Source: Malacoraja senta
Lineage: Eukaryota
Assembly (NCBI GenBank): GCA_038087875.1
Contig: CM075980.1
Location: 9,424,001 to 9,488,000, forward strand
Reading direction: 5' to 3'
DNA: 64,000 nt
A model generated the notes under the pieces. That model made no database searches. It was not told the origin of the DNA and saw only the letters and a list, made by a program, of their open reading frames with translations. The translations under genes and the position numbers were made by a program. This document shows, piece by piece, positions 22,706-36,769 of the stretch. Numbering within the stretch: position 1 is the first letter of the stretch; each line of letters begins with the position of its first letter.

Positions 22706-25327
22706 AACCTCATCATACCCTTCTCCCAACCCATTCAATGCCTTAGACTTTGTTGAACATAACAAAGTCCCTGACAGATCAGAGCAGTAATTCCACAAAC
22801 ATTTGCATAAAAAGAGAAAATCCTTTTATTTATTCCGCATCTGAACCGCAATTTCACGATTAAAGATCGATATCGCCTAAACGACGCAGGTCGGTGGACT
22901 CATCGATCGTGTTCCACTCGAGTTCCCTGGGCCTCATCTTTCACCCCACCAGCCTCTGCATCCAACACATACTTCTTTGACATTTTCGTCACCTCCCAAC
23001 GTGATCCCACCACTAAGCACATCTTCCAATCTCCAACCTATTCCACCTTCCGCAGAGACCATTCCCTCCGCAACTCCTTGGTTCACTCATCTCTTTTCAC
23101 TGAAGCCACCCCCACTCCTGCCACCTTACCCTGCAACCGCGGGAGATTTAACATCGGTCCTTATTCCACCACTCTCATCTCCACCCAGGGACCTCGGCAG
23201 TGAGATTCACATGCTCCTCCTCTAAACTTATATCCTCGATCTGTTGTTCCGGATGTGGGGTACTGAACATCGGCTACACCAAGCCTATACTCGGCACAGT
23301 TTAACTGAACTTGCGAAGGCCAACTAGATCTCCCGGTGGCTAGCCCCATTAACCCCCCCCCCTTCCCATTACACTGACTTTTCTGGCCTGGGCCTCCTCC
23401 ATTGTCGGAGCGAGTCTACACGCACATTGGAGAAATGCAACACATTTCGCTCGGGTAGCTGATTGATCACCTATCCTCACATATTGTGGTCCGTTGGTCA
23501 CGAAGTCGAAGACCCAATTGAAGTGGGGAGTCCTGATTCCGTTCCAATAGTTTGGAGATGAGCTTGCTTCGGATAATGGTATTGAAAGCAAGGCTCTAGT
23601 CTATGAATAGGAGTCTGATGTAGGTGCTCGTCTTATCCAGATGTTCCAGGGAAAAGTGTAGGGCCAGAGAGAAGGCATCAGCAGTGGACCTGTTGTGGAA
23701 GTAGGTGAACTGCTGTAGATCAAGGCTGCTTGGTAGGCTGAATCTGGCTTCTCTAGAAGCAATTCGTAATGGTCGATGTCAAGACATCTGGACGGTAGTC
23801 ATTAAGGCATGAGATCTCGATGTTGTTTGGCATCGAGGTAATAGTGGTCTTCTTGATGCATGTCGGTATCTCAGAATTAATTCACGGTCTACAACTAGAC
23901 CAGTCCCATTCCCCAGAAAGAGCAAAATATTTGATTTTTCGATGATCAACATTGATATCCTACACCCAGTTGCAAGTCGAACATATCCATGCTTTGTCCC
24001 CATTTTTCCTTCCCCCGCGATGCTTCGTTTGCTTTTGATGGACGACGGATATTTTGGAAATACTGGTCAGCGTTTAGTGTTTCATCAACGCAGTATTCCT
24101 CAACCTCCATAAGAGCTTGGATATTTGGCCCAGCAAGCTCCTGCCGTCACATCTCCGCGGCGCCACATGGTTTATTTACACTCAGAAATGACAAGGAACA
24201 ATAATCTTGCTGATAGTCCCTCCCCACGAACCCATATTCGCCAACGACATATCTTCCCTACTCTAGAACCATTGGTGGTGGCCAGTGGCAGATCCGTCGA
24301 TGGTTCTTTCCTGGGATCCCGAAACTCATCCCGTTGTTCAATGGCTTTAATGTTCACATCAATGGTAGGCTCCTTTGCGTTCCGGCTGTATTTGGTGAGA
24401 TTATGTTGGTTCTGGTACAGTGGAATTGCAATGCAGTTTGTGGAAGTAGGTTGGTCAGAGCAGGCATGAAGGAGTGGACAATATACATGTTAAAATTGTT
24501 CCACTTCCAATGGTGTAAGATGGTGTAACCTGAATCCAATAATACACATTTTAAATGACCTTTAAAATAAATCAATTTGAAATATATGTATAAAACTGCA
24601 ACAGTTTCAGAAGGAAATGTCACTTCCTAATTAAAAAAAAGAGGTCTAAAATTTGATCAACAGAGATGGCTTTTGAGGTCAGCTACAAGGAGAAGTACAA
24701 AGTAGTGAGATGAAGATATGTTGGGGTGAAATTCCAGAGATTTGGGATTTGTCAGGTGAGGACTGACGCCAATAATAAAAATAATTAAAGCCAGGGATGC
24801 GTTTTGGTCCAGAATTGCTCTTTCCAGTTGATATATTCTTTGTGTCTGATCAGCTATTTATTACAAATTTTACTCCTATTGAGGTAGTTAGTCTGGTGAA
24901 ATGAATAATGGGGTTTTCAATGAAATTAGGCGAGAATCAAATTATAGAACTACATCTTTTAAAGGTGCTTCGACTGCAAGCTACTGTGATATATATTCAA
25001 TTGCATTATTGTACTTTAGTAAATTTCACCAGTTGTTATATCCATCATATACTGCATTTACAACTCATAAGTCTGCATAACAACCTGGGAGCTCTGGTGA
25101 AAATTCTCATTTGTTCTGCAATTTGGTTGTCTTCCGGATGAAAACCCAGAGGGAAATATCTATCATTTCCGGTTAGATTTAATTTCACAGAAGAAATGGC
25201 AGTACAAGTCTCACATAATATTATGTAAATAAATGATTGGAAAGTTCATGAAATTGCATTTATTTGAATGCAGATCATTCGTAAATAACCATATAATTGG
25301 GAACAATTCCTGAGCTTATATGATCAC

Positions 25328-28300
25328 GAGGTCGTGGTACATATAGGTACCAATGACATAGGTAAAAAAAGTGAAGAGGTCCTGAAAGGAGTATTTGGGG
25401 AGTTAAAGAGAAGGACAGCAAAGGTAACAATCTCGGGATTACTGCCTGTGCCAGCGACAGTGAGAGTAGGAATGGAGCGAGGTGGAGGATAAATGCGTGG
25501 CTGAAGGACTAGTGCAGAAGGCAGGGATTCAAATTTCTGGATCATTGGGACCTCTTTTGTGGAAGGTTCGACCTGTACAAAAAGGATGGGTTGCACTTGA
25601 ACCTGAGGGGGACCGATATCCTGGCGGGGAGATCTGCAAATGCTACTGGGGAGACTTTAAACTAGAATGGTTGGGGGGAGGGACTCAAATAGAGAATGCT
25701 ATTAGACAGTGTGTGAGGCAGGAGGCAGAGAAGGAAAGCACTCAGACCCAACATGTAGGGGGAGAGAAGAAAACAATAATAAACAGAGAATAAGAGGTGG
25801 TGGGGTTCTTAAATGGGTGAGCAGAGAAACAGAGGGGTGTAAAATGCGGGCGGAAGCAATAGGTAGCAAGGTGAAAAGTAAAAGTGGCAGGCAGACAAAT
25901 ACAGGGCAAAAATCAAAAAGAGCCACTTTTCAACATAATTGTATAAGGGGTAAGAGCGTTGTAAAAACAAGCCTGAAGGCTTTGTGTCTCAATGCAAGGA
26001 GCATTCGCAATAACGTGGATGAGTTGAACGTGCAGATAGCAATTAATGATTATGATATAGTTGGGATCACGGAGACATGGCTCCAGGGTGACCAAGGCTG
26101 GGAGCTGAACATCCAGGGATATTCAATATTCAGGAGGGATAGAGAGAAAGGAAAAGGAGGTGGGGTAGCGTTGCTGGTTAGAGAGGAGATTAACGCAGTG
26201 GAAAGGAAGGACATTAGCTTGGAGGATGTGGAATCGGTATGGGTAGAGCTGCGAAACACTAAGGGGCAGAAAACGCGGGTGGGTGTTGTGTACAGGCCAC
26301 CTAGCAGTAGTAGTGAAGTTGGGGATGGCATCAAACAGGAAGTTAGAAATGCGTGCAACAAAGGCAAAACAGTTATAATGGGTGACTTCAATCTACATAT
26401 AGATTGGGTGAATCAAATTGGCAGGGGTGCTGAGGAAGAGGATTTCTTGGAATGTATGCGGGATAGTTATCTAAACCAACATGTAGAGGAACCAACGAGA
26501 GAGCAGGCTATTCTAGACTGGGTATTGAGTAATGAGGAAGGGTTAGTTAGCAGTCTTGTTGTGCGTGCCCCCTTGGGCAAGAGTGACCATAATATGGTTG
26601 AGTTCTTCATTAGGATGGAGAGTGACATTGTTAATTCAGAAACAACGGTTCTGAACTTAAAGAAAGGTAACTTTGAGGGTATGAGACGTGAATTGGCCAA
26701 GATTGACTGGCAATTAGTTCTAAAAGGGTTGACGGTGGATATGCAATGGAAGGCATTTAAAGACTGCATGGATGAACTACAAAAATTGTTCATCCCAGTT
26801 TGGCAAAAGAATAAATCAGAGAAGGTAGTGCATCCATGCATAACAAGAGAAATCAGGGATAGTATCAAAGCAAAAGATGATGCGTACAAATTAGCCAGAA
26901 AAGGCAGCATACCAGAGGACTGGGAGAAATTCAGAGACCAGCAGAGGAGGACAAAGGGCTTAATTAGGAAAGGGAAAATAGATTATGAAAGGAAACTGGC
27001 AGGGAACATAAAAACTGACTGCAAAAGTTTTTATAGATATGTGAAGAGAAAGAGATTAGTTAAAACAAATGTAGGTCCCTTGCAGTCAGAAACAGGTGAA
27101 TTCATCATGGGGAACAAGGGATATGGCGGACCAATTGAATAACTACTTTGGTTCCGTCTTCACTAAGGAAGACATAAATAATCTGCCGGAAATAGCAGGG
27201 GGCCGCGGGTCAAAGGAGATGGAGGAACTGAGTGAAATCCAGGTTAGTCGGGAAGTGGTGTTGGGTAAATTGAATGGATTAAAGGCCGATAAATCGCCAG
27301 GGCCAGATAGGCTGCATCCCAGAGTACTTAAGGAAGTAGCTCCAGAAATAGTGGATGCATTAGTGATAATTTTTCAAAACTCTTTAGATTCTGGAGTAGT
27401 TCCTGAGGATTGGAGGGTAGCAAACGTAACCCCACTTTTTAAGAAGGGAGGGAGAGAGAAAACGGGGAATTACAGACCAGTTAGTCTAACATCGGTAGTG
27501 GGGAAACTGCTAGAGTCAGTTATTAAAGATGGGATAGCAGCACATTTGGAAAGTGGTCAAATCATTGGAGAAAGTCAGCATGGATTTACGAAAGGTAAAT
27601 CGTGTCTGACGAATCTTATAGAATTTTTCGAGGATGTAACTAGTAGAGTGGATAGGGGAGAACCAGTGGATGTGTTGTATCTGGACTTTCAGAAGGCTTT
27701 CGACAAGGTACCCCATAAGAGATTAGGATACAAACTTAAATCACACGGTATTGGGGGTTCAGTATTGATGTGGATAGAGAACTGGCTGGCAAACAGGAAG
27801 CAAAGAGTTGGAGTAAACGGGTCCTTTTCACAATGGCAGGCAGTGACTAGTGGGGTACCGCAAGGCTCAGTGCTGGGACCCCAGCTATTTACAATTTATA
27901 TTAATGATCTGGACGAGGGAATTGAAAGCAACATCTCCAAGTTTGCGGATGACACTAAGGTGGGGGGCAGTGTTAGCTGTGAGGAGGATGCTAGGAGACT
28001 GCAAGGTGACTTGGATAGGCTGGGTGAGTGGGCAAATGTTTGGCAGATGCAGTATAATGTGGATAAATGTGAGGTTATCCACTTTGGTGGCAAAAACGGG
28101 AAGGCAGACTATTATCTAAATGGTGGCCGATTGGGAAATGGGGAGATGCAGCGAGACCTGGGTGTGATGGTACACCAGTCATTGAAAGTAGGCATGCAGG
28201 TGCAGCAGGCAGTGAAGAAAGCGAATGGTATGTTGGCCTTCATAGCAAGAGGATTTGAGTATAGGAGCAGGGAGGTTCTGCTGCAGTTGTACACGGTCTT

Positions 28301-28881
28301 GGTGAGACCACACCTGAAGTATTGCGTACAGTTTTGGTCTCCAAATCTGAGGAAGGACATTATAGCCATAGAGGGAGTGCAGAGAAGGTTCACCAGACTG
28401 ATTCCTGGGATGTCAGGACTTTCATATGAAGAAAGACTGGATAGACTTGGCTTATACTCGCTAGAATTTAGGAGATTGAGAGGGGATCTTATAGAAACGT
28501 ACAAAATTCTTATGGGGTTGGACAGGCTAGATGCAGGAAGATTGTTCCCGATGTTGGGGAAGTCCAGGACAAGGGGTCACAGCTTAAGGATAAGGGGGAA
28601 ATCCTTTAAGACCGAGATGAGGAAAAACGTTTTCACACAGAGAGTGGCGAATCTCTGGAACTCTCTGCCACAGAGGGTAGTTGAGGCCAGTTCATTGGCT
28701 ATATTTAAGAGGGAGTTAGATGCGGCCCTTGTGGCTAAGGGGATCAGGGGGTATGGAGAGAAGGCAGGTACGGGATACTGAGTTGGATGATCAGCCATGA
28801 CCATATTGAATGGCGGTGCAGGCTCGAAGGGCCGAATGGCCTACTCCTGCACCTATTTTCTATGTATCTATGTATCTATGT
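25328..28881 (+). mobile_element. Young 5'-truncated CR1 LINE with almost intact ORF2
   Basis: ORF1 esterase tail (VVVHIGTND-like), then ORF2 split into ORFs 25709-27142 (APE: LNARSI, ITETWL, VYRPP, MGDFN, SDHN) and 27096-28781 (RT: [21 protein letters not shown]) by one extra G at 27118-27120. Tail is (TCTATGTA)n. The empty site is at 9700/9701 in unit 1. Confidence 0.97.
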
Positions 28882-31800
28882 AAGTGGATGGATCGCAGTT
28901 CACAACCGCTGGTTCTTGATTCTGCTACTCTGGGTAAAAGAGTAGAGGACGTAGGTTTAAGGTGAGAGATGAATGATTTAATAGGAACCTGAGGGGCAAC
29001 ATTTTCGCACAGAGGTCGATGAGTATATGGAACGAGCGGCCACAAGAGGTAGTTCAAACAGGTACTATAACAACATTTAATAAACATTTGGACAGGTACA
29101 TTGATAGGAAAGGTTTAGAGCGATACGGGCCAAACGCGGGCAGGTGGACTTGTAGGGCCGAAGGGCTGTTTCCCTACTGAATACATGCTTACAGTGGTTC
29201 TGCAGAAATCATCCGGACCTGTACAAAAAGAAGCCCAGTTGGCAGTGGAATGCGGGGGCTGATGGGCAGGCGCATTCATCTCTGTATCGTAAAATAAAGT
29301 TGTCTGGCCGCTCACAATAACCCAAGATGTAGCTTCGAGTAAATGTTCATCCTGCATTCGACAATCTTCTGTGGTCCCTGCCGTTATCTTGCTCTTAGAT
29401 GCCGAATCAATCCAAAATAGTGACATGATCTGTAGCACCTTTGGGATATTTACAGTTCTTGTCATTTATGGGGAGGCAAATGCAAACTGCTTGATTAGAT
29501 GTGAAAATGCTGGTATTGCCCAAATGTTCGTCTTTGTGTCGCACAGTCTTGCAACAGTAGATGGCAGCATTGCATCGGTTATGAAATAATGTTGATTTAT
29601 TGCGGAGATAGGACAAATGGTCAATTATCACTGTAGCAATATTACGATAATGTGCTTGCCCATAAACCCATCTAATGCCTGCTCATTTGGCGATTATGGG
29701 TGTGGATGCGAATATACTAAGTGAGGAGCGGCTTTAACTTTTGACACATGATAGTAAAAAGGACGGAGGCAATAAACTTACTGAATGCTCAATTGCACTT
29801 GGAGAAACAAACACAAAATATTTTTCCTCGTGAGTGCAATTCATAGTGACATAGTCCAGGTCTGGATATATGGTCCATGCCTCTGCGTTCGTAATGATGT
29901 GAATTCGGTTTGAAACCATTGCTTATCTGCACTTCCTTCACCTTTGCAGGGAGCGATTTGGAGGAATCTTTCACTACATACATATATAGTCCTTTCTTAG
30001 TTTTCTGATTCTGCTACGGTCTAACCAGCTTGACAGCTAACTTCTCCGCTTACTCAATACTTCGTTCTTTGAAACCCCACATATATCACGGGTTTTGTTC
30101 ACTACTCTCGCGATATATCTTTCTGCCTTGCCAGATGTGTGCTCATGAACCTAAAGTCCCTCTGTTCCTGCGCACTATGAACCCACATTGCCCCCCAAAA
30201 TATACCAGCTCATACTTCTCTGTGAGAGATTTCATCCATCATTCATCTGCTCATTCTCCTGTCATATTTAAGTTTGGATTGCTCGCTGAGTACTCTCTCT
30301 CTCTCTCTCCTGCGTGTAAGCCGCTATTCAATCACGATTGTTGATGTGAATATATTGCTGTCGGCACAGAACACAACTAGGTATGGGGATAGAGGAGAAT
30401 GAAACAATTGGCCAAAATGTTCGTGTATACTGAATGTGAATAATAAGAATGTTACCTTAAATATCTCCGGGAGAACCTGTAATTTTATTTGGACAAACAT
30501 GAAGACAGTTGCAAACAGGATTTTGTACATTTGAGTCGGTTTGCTTTATCTATGACTTGCCCAAAATCGAATCTCTGGACAATGCAGAGTGGTTGCTTTG
30601 AATTTATTGTTGTTATTCTCCATTACACTGTTTATTATATTTGAGGATCCTGTCAGGCAAATTCAGAATAATTGTGGGTCTGGGGTCACATACATTTTAG
30701 ACTTTTCCTTCATAAAGTAACTGAAATTGCTTTTATTTGCAATCCAATGGCGTCATGCTCGCGTTACCAATTACAGCTTTTCATTTCAGATTTACTTTAA
30801 CTGATATCAGCGCCAATTCACAGAATTATATTGAATTCGGTTATCTCCTATTGAGCTGAATATCAAATAGACTACAGGTAAGATACGTGATTCATTAATT
30901 CAAAGAATATTAATGTTTGTTTTGCGTGTCTTATTCTGTGTCACGAATGTACAACAATGGTGTTCCACATTGGACATGGGAGAATAACACGAAACATACA
31001 TGAATATCATTCTCCACTTCCATTAGTGATATTAGTTCAGACCTCCATGAGCTGCATTTGCCATCTACATCCTCCATTCAAATGTCCGAACTCACCAAGC
31101 GCATTTCTTCAGATCTGGACAGGCATCTGACTCCAGCTTTCTGCAAGGAGACCCTGAACGCGGGCCCGGACTGGGGTGAGTAGGGCTGAGAGAGCCGCGC
31201 CAACGGACTTCCCCTTGAGGCAGGCAGGATACACCCATTCCCAGGGTCTCCATGCCCTCCAGAGATGCTGCACGACCCGCTGAGTTACTCCAGCACCTGA
31301 AGTTTTCTGTACTCCAAGATTTTCCATCTATAAATCTTCCACGGTGTTGAGTGGTTCTGAATGTCAATGAACGTCATAAAGAAATGTAAAAATGACGGCA
31401 TGACATAATTACTGAACACGATTCTCTTAAAAGAAACAAACAGAAAATCAAATTACAACTAATTTAACACTGAGAACTATTGCTTGCAGAAACATCGCCT
31501 GCACGTGGACTGAGAGAAAATACACAGGAAAAAAGTAATCAATAAATGATACATACAAATCTGAAATAAAGAAATATGATTGCGTCCAAAATCATAATAA
31601 TAAAAAAACATGTCGTTTGTGTGCAAGGAATGGGGCATAGTGTCACGTTGTCGAGGCAAGATTAGGGTTATGTAGGTCCTTCCAAAAACTGGATAGTTGT
31701 AGGCAAGTAACTGCTCTTGAACCGGGTGGTGTACTTTCTGTAGTAGATCTGTAAAGGTTTGTAGGAGTATTTGGAGACAAAGTATTTTTTTTAATTCTTT

Positions 31801-34800
31801 GAAAGTAGTGGCATTGGCGCTCCTTCGTGGATGCATTTGTTTGCTTGGCCCGGGGCAAGTCATCCACGATGCTAAAATGCCTTGAATTTAAAGCCGGACT
31901 TCCTCTTTGTGAAGCGACCAGTTCGGTCTTGTTGCTTTGGAGCGAAAGTTTGTTGTTCTGACATCACTCAACCAAGTGTTCCGTCCCTCTTCTCTATGTT
32001 GACGCAGCACCATCAGTGATTCATCGAAACAGAATGATGTTGGGGGTGGATCAATAGATGACTTTGGAGTTGTGCTTCATTCCATGGGTGTAAAGGAAGT
32101 AGAACAGGGTGCAAATCATGCAGCCTTGAGATGCACTGTGTTGATGGTCAATGGGGAGGAGATGATGTTCCCCATCCGCACTCGGTCACTTGAAGCTAAC
32201 TCACCAAACAGTAAAATGGTGACTAATCTGATTGTAACCTCTGATCTGCGGTCCCATCCACCTCTGGTAACATATCACTACCCACCTTGTTTATTAGGAA
32301 TATTTCTACCTTTGAAAATAAGGTTTTAAAAAAAAGACTGCTTCTACCACATTTTCAGAAACGTAATTGATGAGGCTTTCTCCATTCTGATAGATGTGTT
32401 TTGTTTCTTCACTTTTTGAAGTAGGCATTTATTTTTGTGTAACCGGTTACCTTTAGTTTTAGATTACCCCAGACGAATTGTCCTCTCCCTTCACATGCTG
32501 TTAAGACCCCGCATAATCACCTGTGCTTCAATTAAAGCACGTCTCACGCTTCTAATCGTCGAGCAATTCCTCATAAGACAACTCGCTCGTTACATATATG
32601 GGTCTATAAGTAATCATTTTCTGAATTGCTTCAAAGCCATTTACATTTCAATTCTCTGCTCGATTCTGCGATGAAGTATAACTGAAGCACTATCAACCTC
32701 TCCCTTTTGCATTAGTTTTTTCTGTCGTAAGATGCTAACACTGTTACCTTTCATAGGTAGTTGTTGTACCTCATTCTGGCCTGTTGCGAATCCTACCAGG
32801 GAACCGAAATAATTCTGCATCTCAAAACACTGCAAAAAGTCATAATGTAATAAGAAGGTTCTCGACCCGAAACGTTATCCATTCCTTCCCTCCAGAGATG
32901 CTGCCTGTCCCGCTGAGTTACTCCAGCATTTTGTGTCTATATTGTAAAGAACATTCTTTTATATCAGTTACCCTTCCAAAATTGACATTTCACGTGATCC
33001 CACATAGTGCATTTACCGGGGCTTTGCCCATTCACTGGAACTATCCACATGCACGGTGGTCTTGTTTTGTTCTTCATGTCATTAGCAAATTCAACAGCCA
33101 GACATTTTTTTGCTTTTTTGACCGTGTGTATACATTTTTGCAAATTGAGGCTCCAGCACTGATCTATGAGGTACACCAGATTTGCATCTTTCCAACCAGA
33201 AATTAGCCTGTTTATGCGTTTTCTATGTTTCAAACTAATCGCCCAATGTTCTGTTCTTCCGATTACCATAAACACCAGGACTCTTAGAAAACAAGGAGCA
33301 GGAGTAGGCCATTCGGCCCTTCGAGCTGCACCTCCATTCAATATGATCATGGCTGATCATCCGAAATCAGTACCCCGTTCCTTCGTTCCATCAGCCCTAA
33401 AAGCTACATCCAGGTCTCTCTAGAACATATCCAGTGAATTGGCCTCCACTGCCTCCACTTCTATGGCAGAGAATACCACAGATTCATAACTCTCTGGGTA
33501 AAAAAGTGTTTCTGCATCTCAGTCCTAAATGCCCTACCCCTTCTTTTTAAACGACGAGCCCTGGTTCTTGACTCCCCCAACATCGGGCACATGTTACCTT
33601 CATCTAGCGCATCCAATCGCTTAAGAAGTTTATATCTTTCTATAAGAACCCCTCTCATCCTTCCGAATTCCAGTGCATATAAGCCCAGTCAATCATTTGT
33701 CAGTTCCACCATCCCGGGAATTAATCTGGTGAACCTACGTTGCACTCCCTCAATAGCAAGAATGTCCTTCTTCAAATTAGGGGTCTAAAACAGCTCACAA
33801 TACTCCCGGAGTGGTCTCGCCAGGGCCCTGTACAACTGCAGTAGGTCCTCCTTGCTCCTATACTCAAATCCCCTCGTTATGAAGGCCAACGTGCCATTTG
33901 CTCTCTTCACTGCCTGCTGTACCTGCATGCTTTCTTTCAGTGACTGATGTTCAGGGACACCCAGGTCTCGTTGCACCTTCCGTTTCCCTAATCTGACACC
34001 ATTGAGATAATAATCTGACCTTGTTTTTGCCAACGAAGTGGATAACGTCATATTTATCCACATAATACTACATCTGCCATGCATCTGCCCACTCACCCAT
34101 CTTGTCCAAGTCACCCTGCAGCCTCATAGCATCCTCCCCGCAGCTCACACTGCCACCCAGCTTTGTGTGATCCGCAAACTTGGAAATGTTACATTTAATT
34201 CCTTCATCATCGTCAATATATATTGGAAATAACCGAGGTCCCATCACTGAGCCTTGTGGCACCCCACTAGCCACTGCATGCCATTCTGGAAAGGTCCCGT
34301 TAATTCCTACTCTTTGCTTCCTGGCTGCCATACAGTTCTCCATCCATGTCAATACCCTACCCCCAATATTATCATATTATTTACCACATCAACCTTTGAT
34401 TCATCACCTTATCAAATGCCTGCTCGAAATTATATCTGCCTGGCATGGTACTTCTTCAAAGCCTTTCGTTAAATTGGTGAAATATCGTTCATAAATTCAT
34501 AAATTGTAGGAGGAGAATTAGGCTATTCGGCCCATCAATTCTACACCGCCATTCTATCACGCTTGATTTATCTTTTCTTCTCAACCCCATATCCTGACTT
34601 CTTCTCATAACCATTAACACTGTTACTAATCATCAACCACTCAATCCCCACCTTAAAAATATCCATTGACTTGGCTTCCACAGCCTTCTGTGGCAATGAT
34701 TCCACAGATTCACCACCCTCTGACGAAAGGAATTCCTCCTCATCTTTCTAAATGGACGTGCTTTTATTCTGAGGCTTTCACCTCTGGTCCTAGACTCCCC

Positions 34801-35045
34801 CGCTCGGCGAAACATCCATTCCACATCCACTCTATCCAGGCCTTCACAATTCGGTAAATTTCAATGAGGTCTCTCCCCTCGCATCCTCATAAACTATATA
34901 GCGAGCACGGATTCAGTGCCGTCAAACGCTCATCACACGTTAACTCAATTATCCCTGGGATCAGCCTCGTAAACCTCCTCTGGACCCTCTCCAACGCCAG
35001 CTCATCCTTCCTCAGATTGGAGCCCAAAACTGCTCACTACAATCC

Positions 35046-35554
35046 ATATAACCATATAACCATATAACCATAACAGCACGGAAACAGGCCATCTCGGCCC
35101 TTCAAGTCCGTGCCGAACATTTTTTTAAATTTCTTTTAAAATTAAAAATAAATACTTCCCCCTAGTCCCATCTACCTGCACTCAGACCATAACCCTCCAT
35201 TCCTTTCCCGCCCATATACCCATCCAATCTATTTTTAAAGGATAACATCGAACCTGCCTCCACCACTTCCACTGGAAGCTCATTCCACACAGCTACCATT
35301 CTCTGAGTAAAGAAGTTCCCCCTAATGTTCCCCCTAAACTTCTGTCCCTTAATTCTCAAGTCATGTCCCCTTGTTTGAATCTTCCCTACTCTCAATGGGA
35401 AAAGCTTATCCACGTCCACTCTGTCTAACCCGCTCATAATTGTAAAGACCTCTATCAAGTCCCCTCTTAACCTTCTGCGCTCCAAAGAATAAAGACCTAA
35501 CTTGTTCAACCTTTCTCTGTAACTTAGTTGCTGAAACCCAGGCAAAATTCTAGT
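35046..35554 (-). mobile_element. 5'-truncated CR1 3' end inserted into an older CR1 fragment
   Basis: Minus ORF 35162-35545 (..LNKLGLYSLERRRLRGDLIE..WNELP..); tail appears as (ATATAACC)n on +. Absent at the orthologous position ~15999/16000 in unit 1. Confidence 0.9.
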
Positions 35555-36493
35555 AAATGCGGTCTGACCAGTGCCTTAGAAAGGCTCAGCATTACATCCC
35601 TGTTTTTGTATTTTGTTTTTGTGTTCTGGCACTCTCGAAAGAAATGCTTTCCTTGCTACCGACTGGTAAATTAACTTTTGGGGAATCCTGCACCCTCACT
35701 CCTGAGCCCCTTTGCTCTCTCTTTATCAACAACATTTAAACTTTTGCGAGATAACCTGGATCAATTTGTCAGTACCCTTTATATCGAATTGGTAACAGCT
35801 TACAATATTTCTCCAGGACAGATGTGCAACCAACTGGCTTGCGGCTGACGACTTCCTGTCCCTCTTCCTTTCTTGATGAAAATGAATACCAAGGAACGTC
35901 CATGGTAGTTTTGAAATAAATAAAACTCAAATCAATGAATTCAGTACTGCAATGGAATGAATTAAGACTCTAGAATGAAATACAAAACATCTTAACTCCC
36001 TGTCAGCCGGTGGCTCTATCGACTTCCTAATGATTGCAACTTTTGTGAGTTTGTTCCTTGCTTTCGTGTCTGCAGCCGTTTCTGGGATGTTAAGTCCATG
36101 TTCTGTAGAGCATACCGATGAAAAATTACCATTTAAATTATCTGTCATCTTCATATTCCCCTTTAATTATACGACTGCGAATTATTTGTAGGTAAAGGAC
36201 AAATGTATTATTTTATAATTATTTAGGAGCTTAAGGGGATTAGTGCAAAATCTCTCCACAGTCCCATCATCCAACACAGCTGACCCCTTTTACTCAGTAA
36301 ATAAGAACCTGCTCTCACACAACAGTTCCCATCTGAGTCTCAGAGATTCCCCCCCCCCCCTCCCCCCGCCGCCGTTGAGTTCACCGTTGTCTGCTATTCT
36401 CCTCCCACTTAAAACAATATGAATATTTCTTTCTCCCAAAGGGCTGGAGCTGCAGAAATATCATTTTACACCGAGCCAATAATTCAGTGAATC

Positions 36494-36565
36494 GATGTCA
36501 CGTGGATAAAGATTTTGCATGAATAATTAACAATTAGTGACGTTGAGATGCTGAAGACTTTAAAA
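36494..36565 (+). promoter_or_regulatory. IgL cluster 2 V promoter
   Basis: CACGTG 36499-36504, ATTTTGCAT 36512-36520 (octamer with an extra T), TGACGT 36538-36543, TTTAAAA 36559-36565. Confidence 0.75.
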
Positions 36566-36629
36566 GAGAAACTTCGAAAGGGCTCAAAATCGCACTTGTG
36601 TAGCAAAACATTCCTTTATCACCTTCAAC

Positions 36630-36675
36630 ATGGCTGAATGGGTTTGGGTTCTCGCCTTGGTGACCTGCTTCCACT
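36630..36675 (+). CDS. IGL: Ig lambda light chain cluster 2 leader exon
   Basis: MAEWVWVLALVTCFH+T, GTGAG donor at 36676, 94-nt intron. Confidence 0.94.
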
Positions 36676-36769
36676 GTGAGTAGAGCGCAGAATGATTAAT
36701 GTTGTATCGTTTTACATTCTGCTGTGTTTTTTCTAATGGTTCTGTATATTTATCTGTTTTTTCTATCAG

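Noticed and set aside
25913-28804. Numerous ORFs antisense to LINE ORF2s (likewise 2698-5701 and 53471-54994)
   Set aside because: Shadow frames of the retroelement coding sequence.
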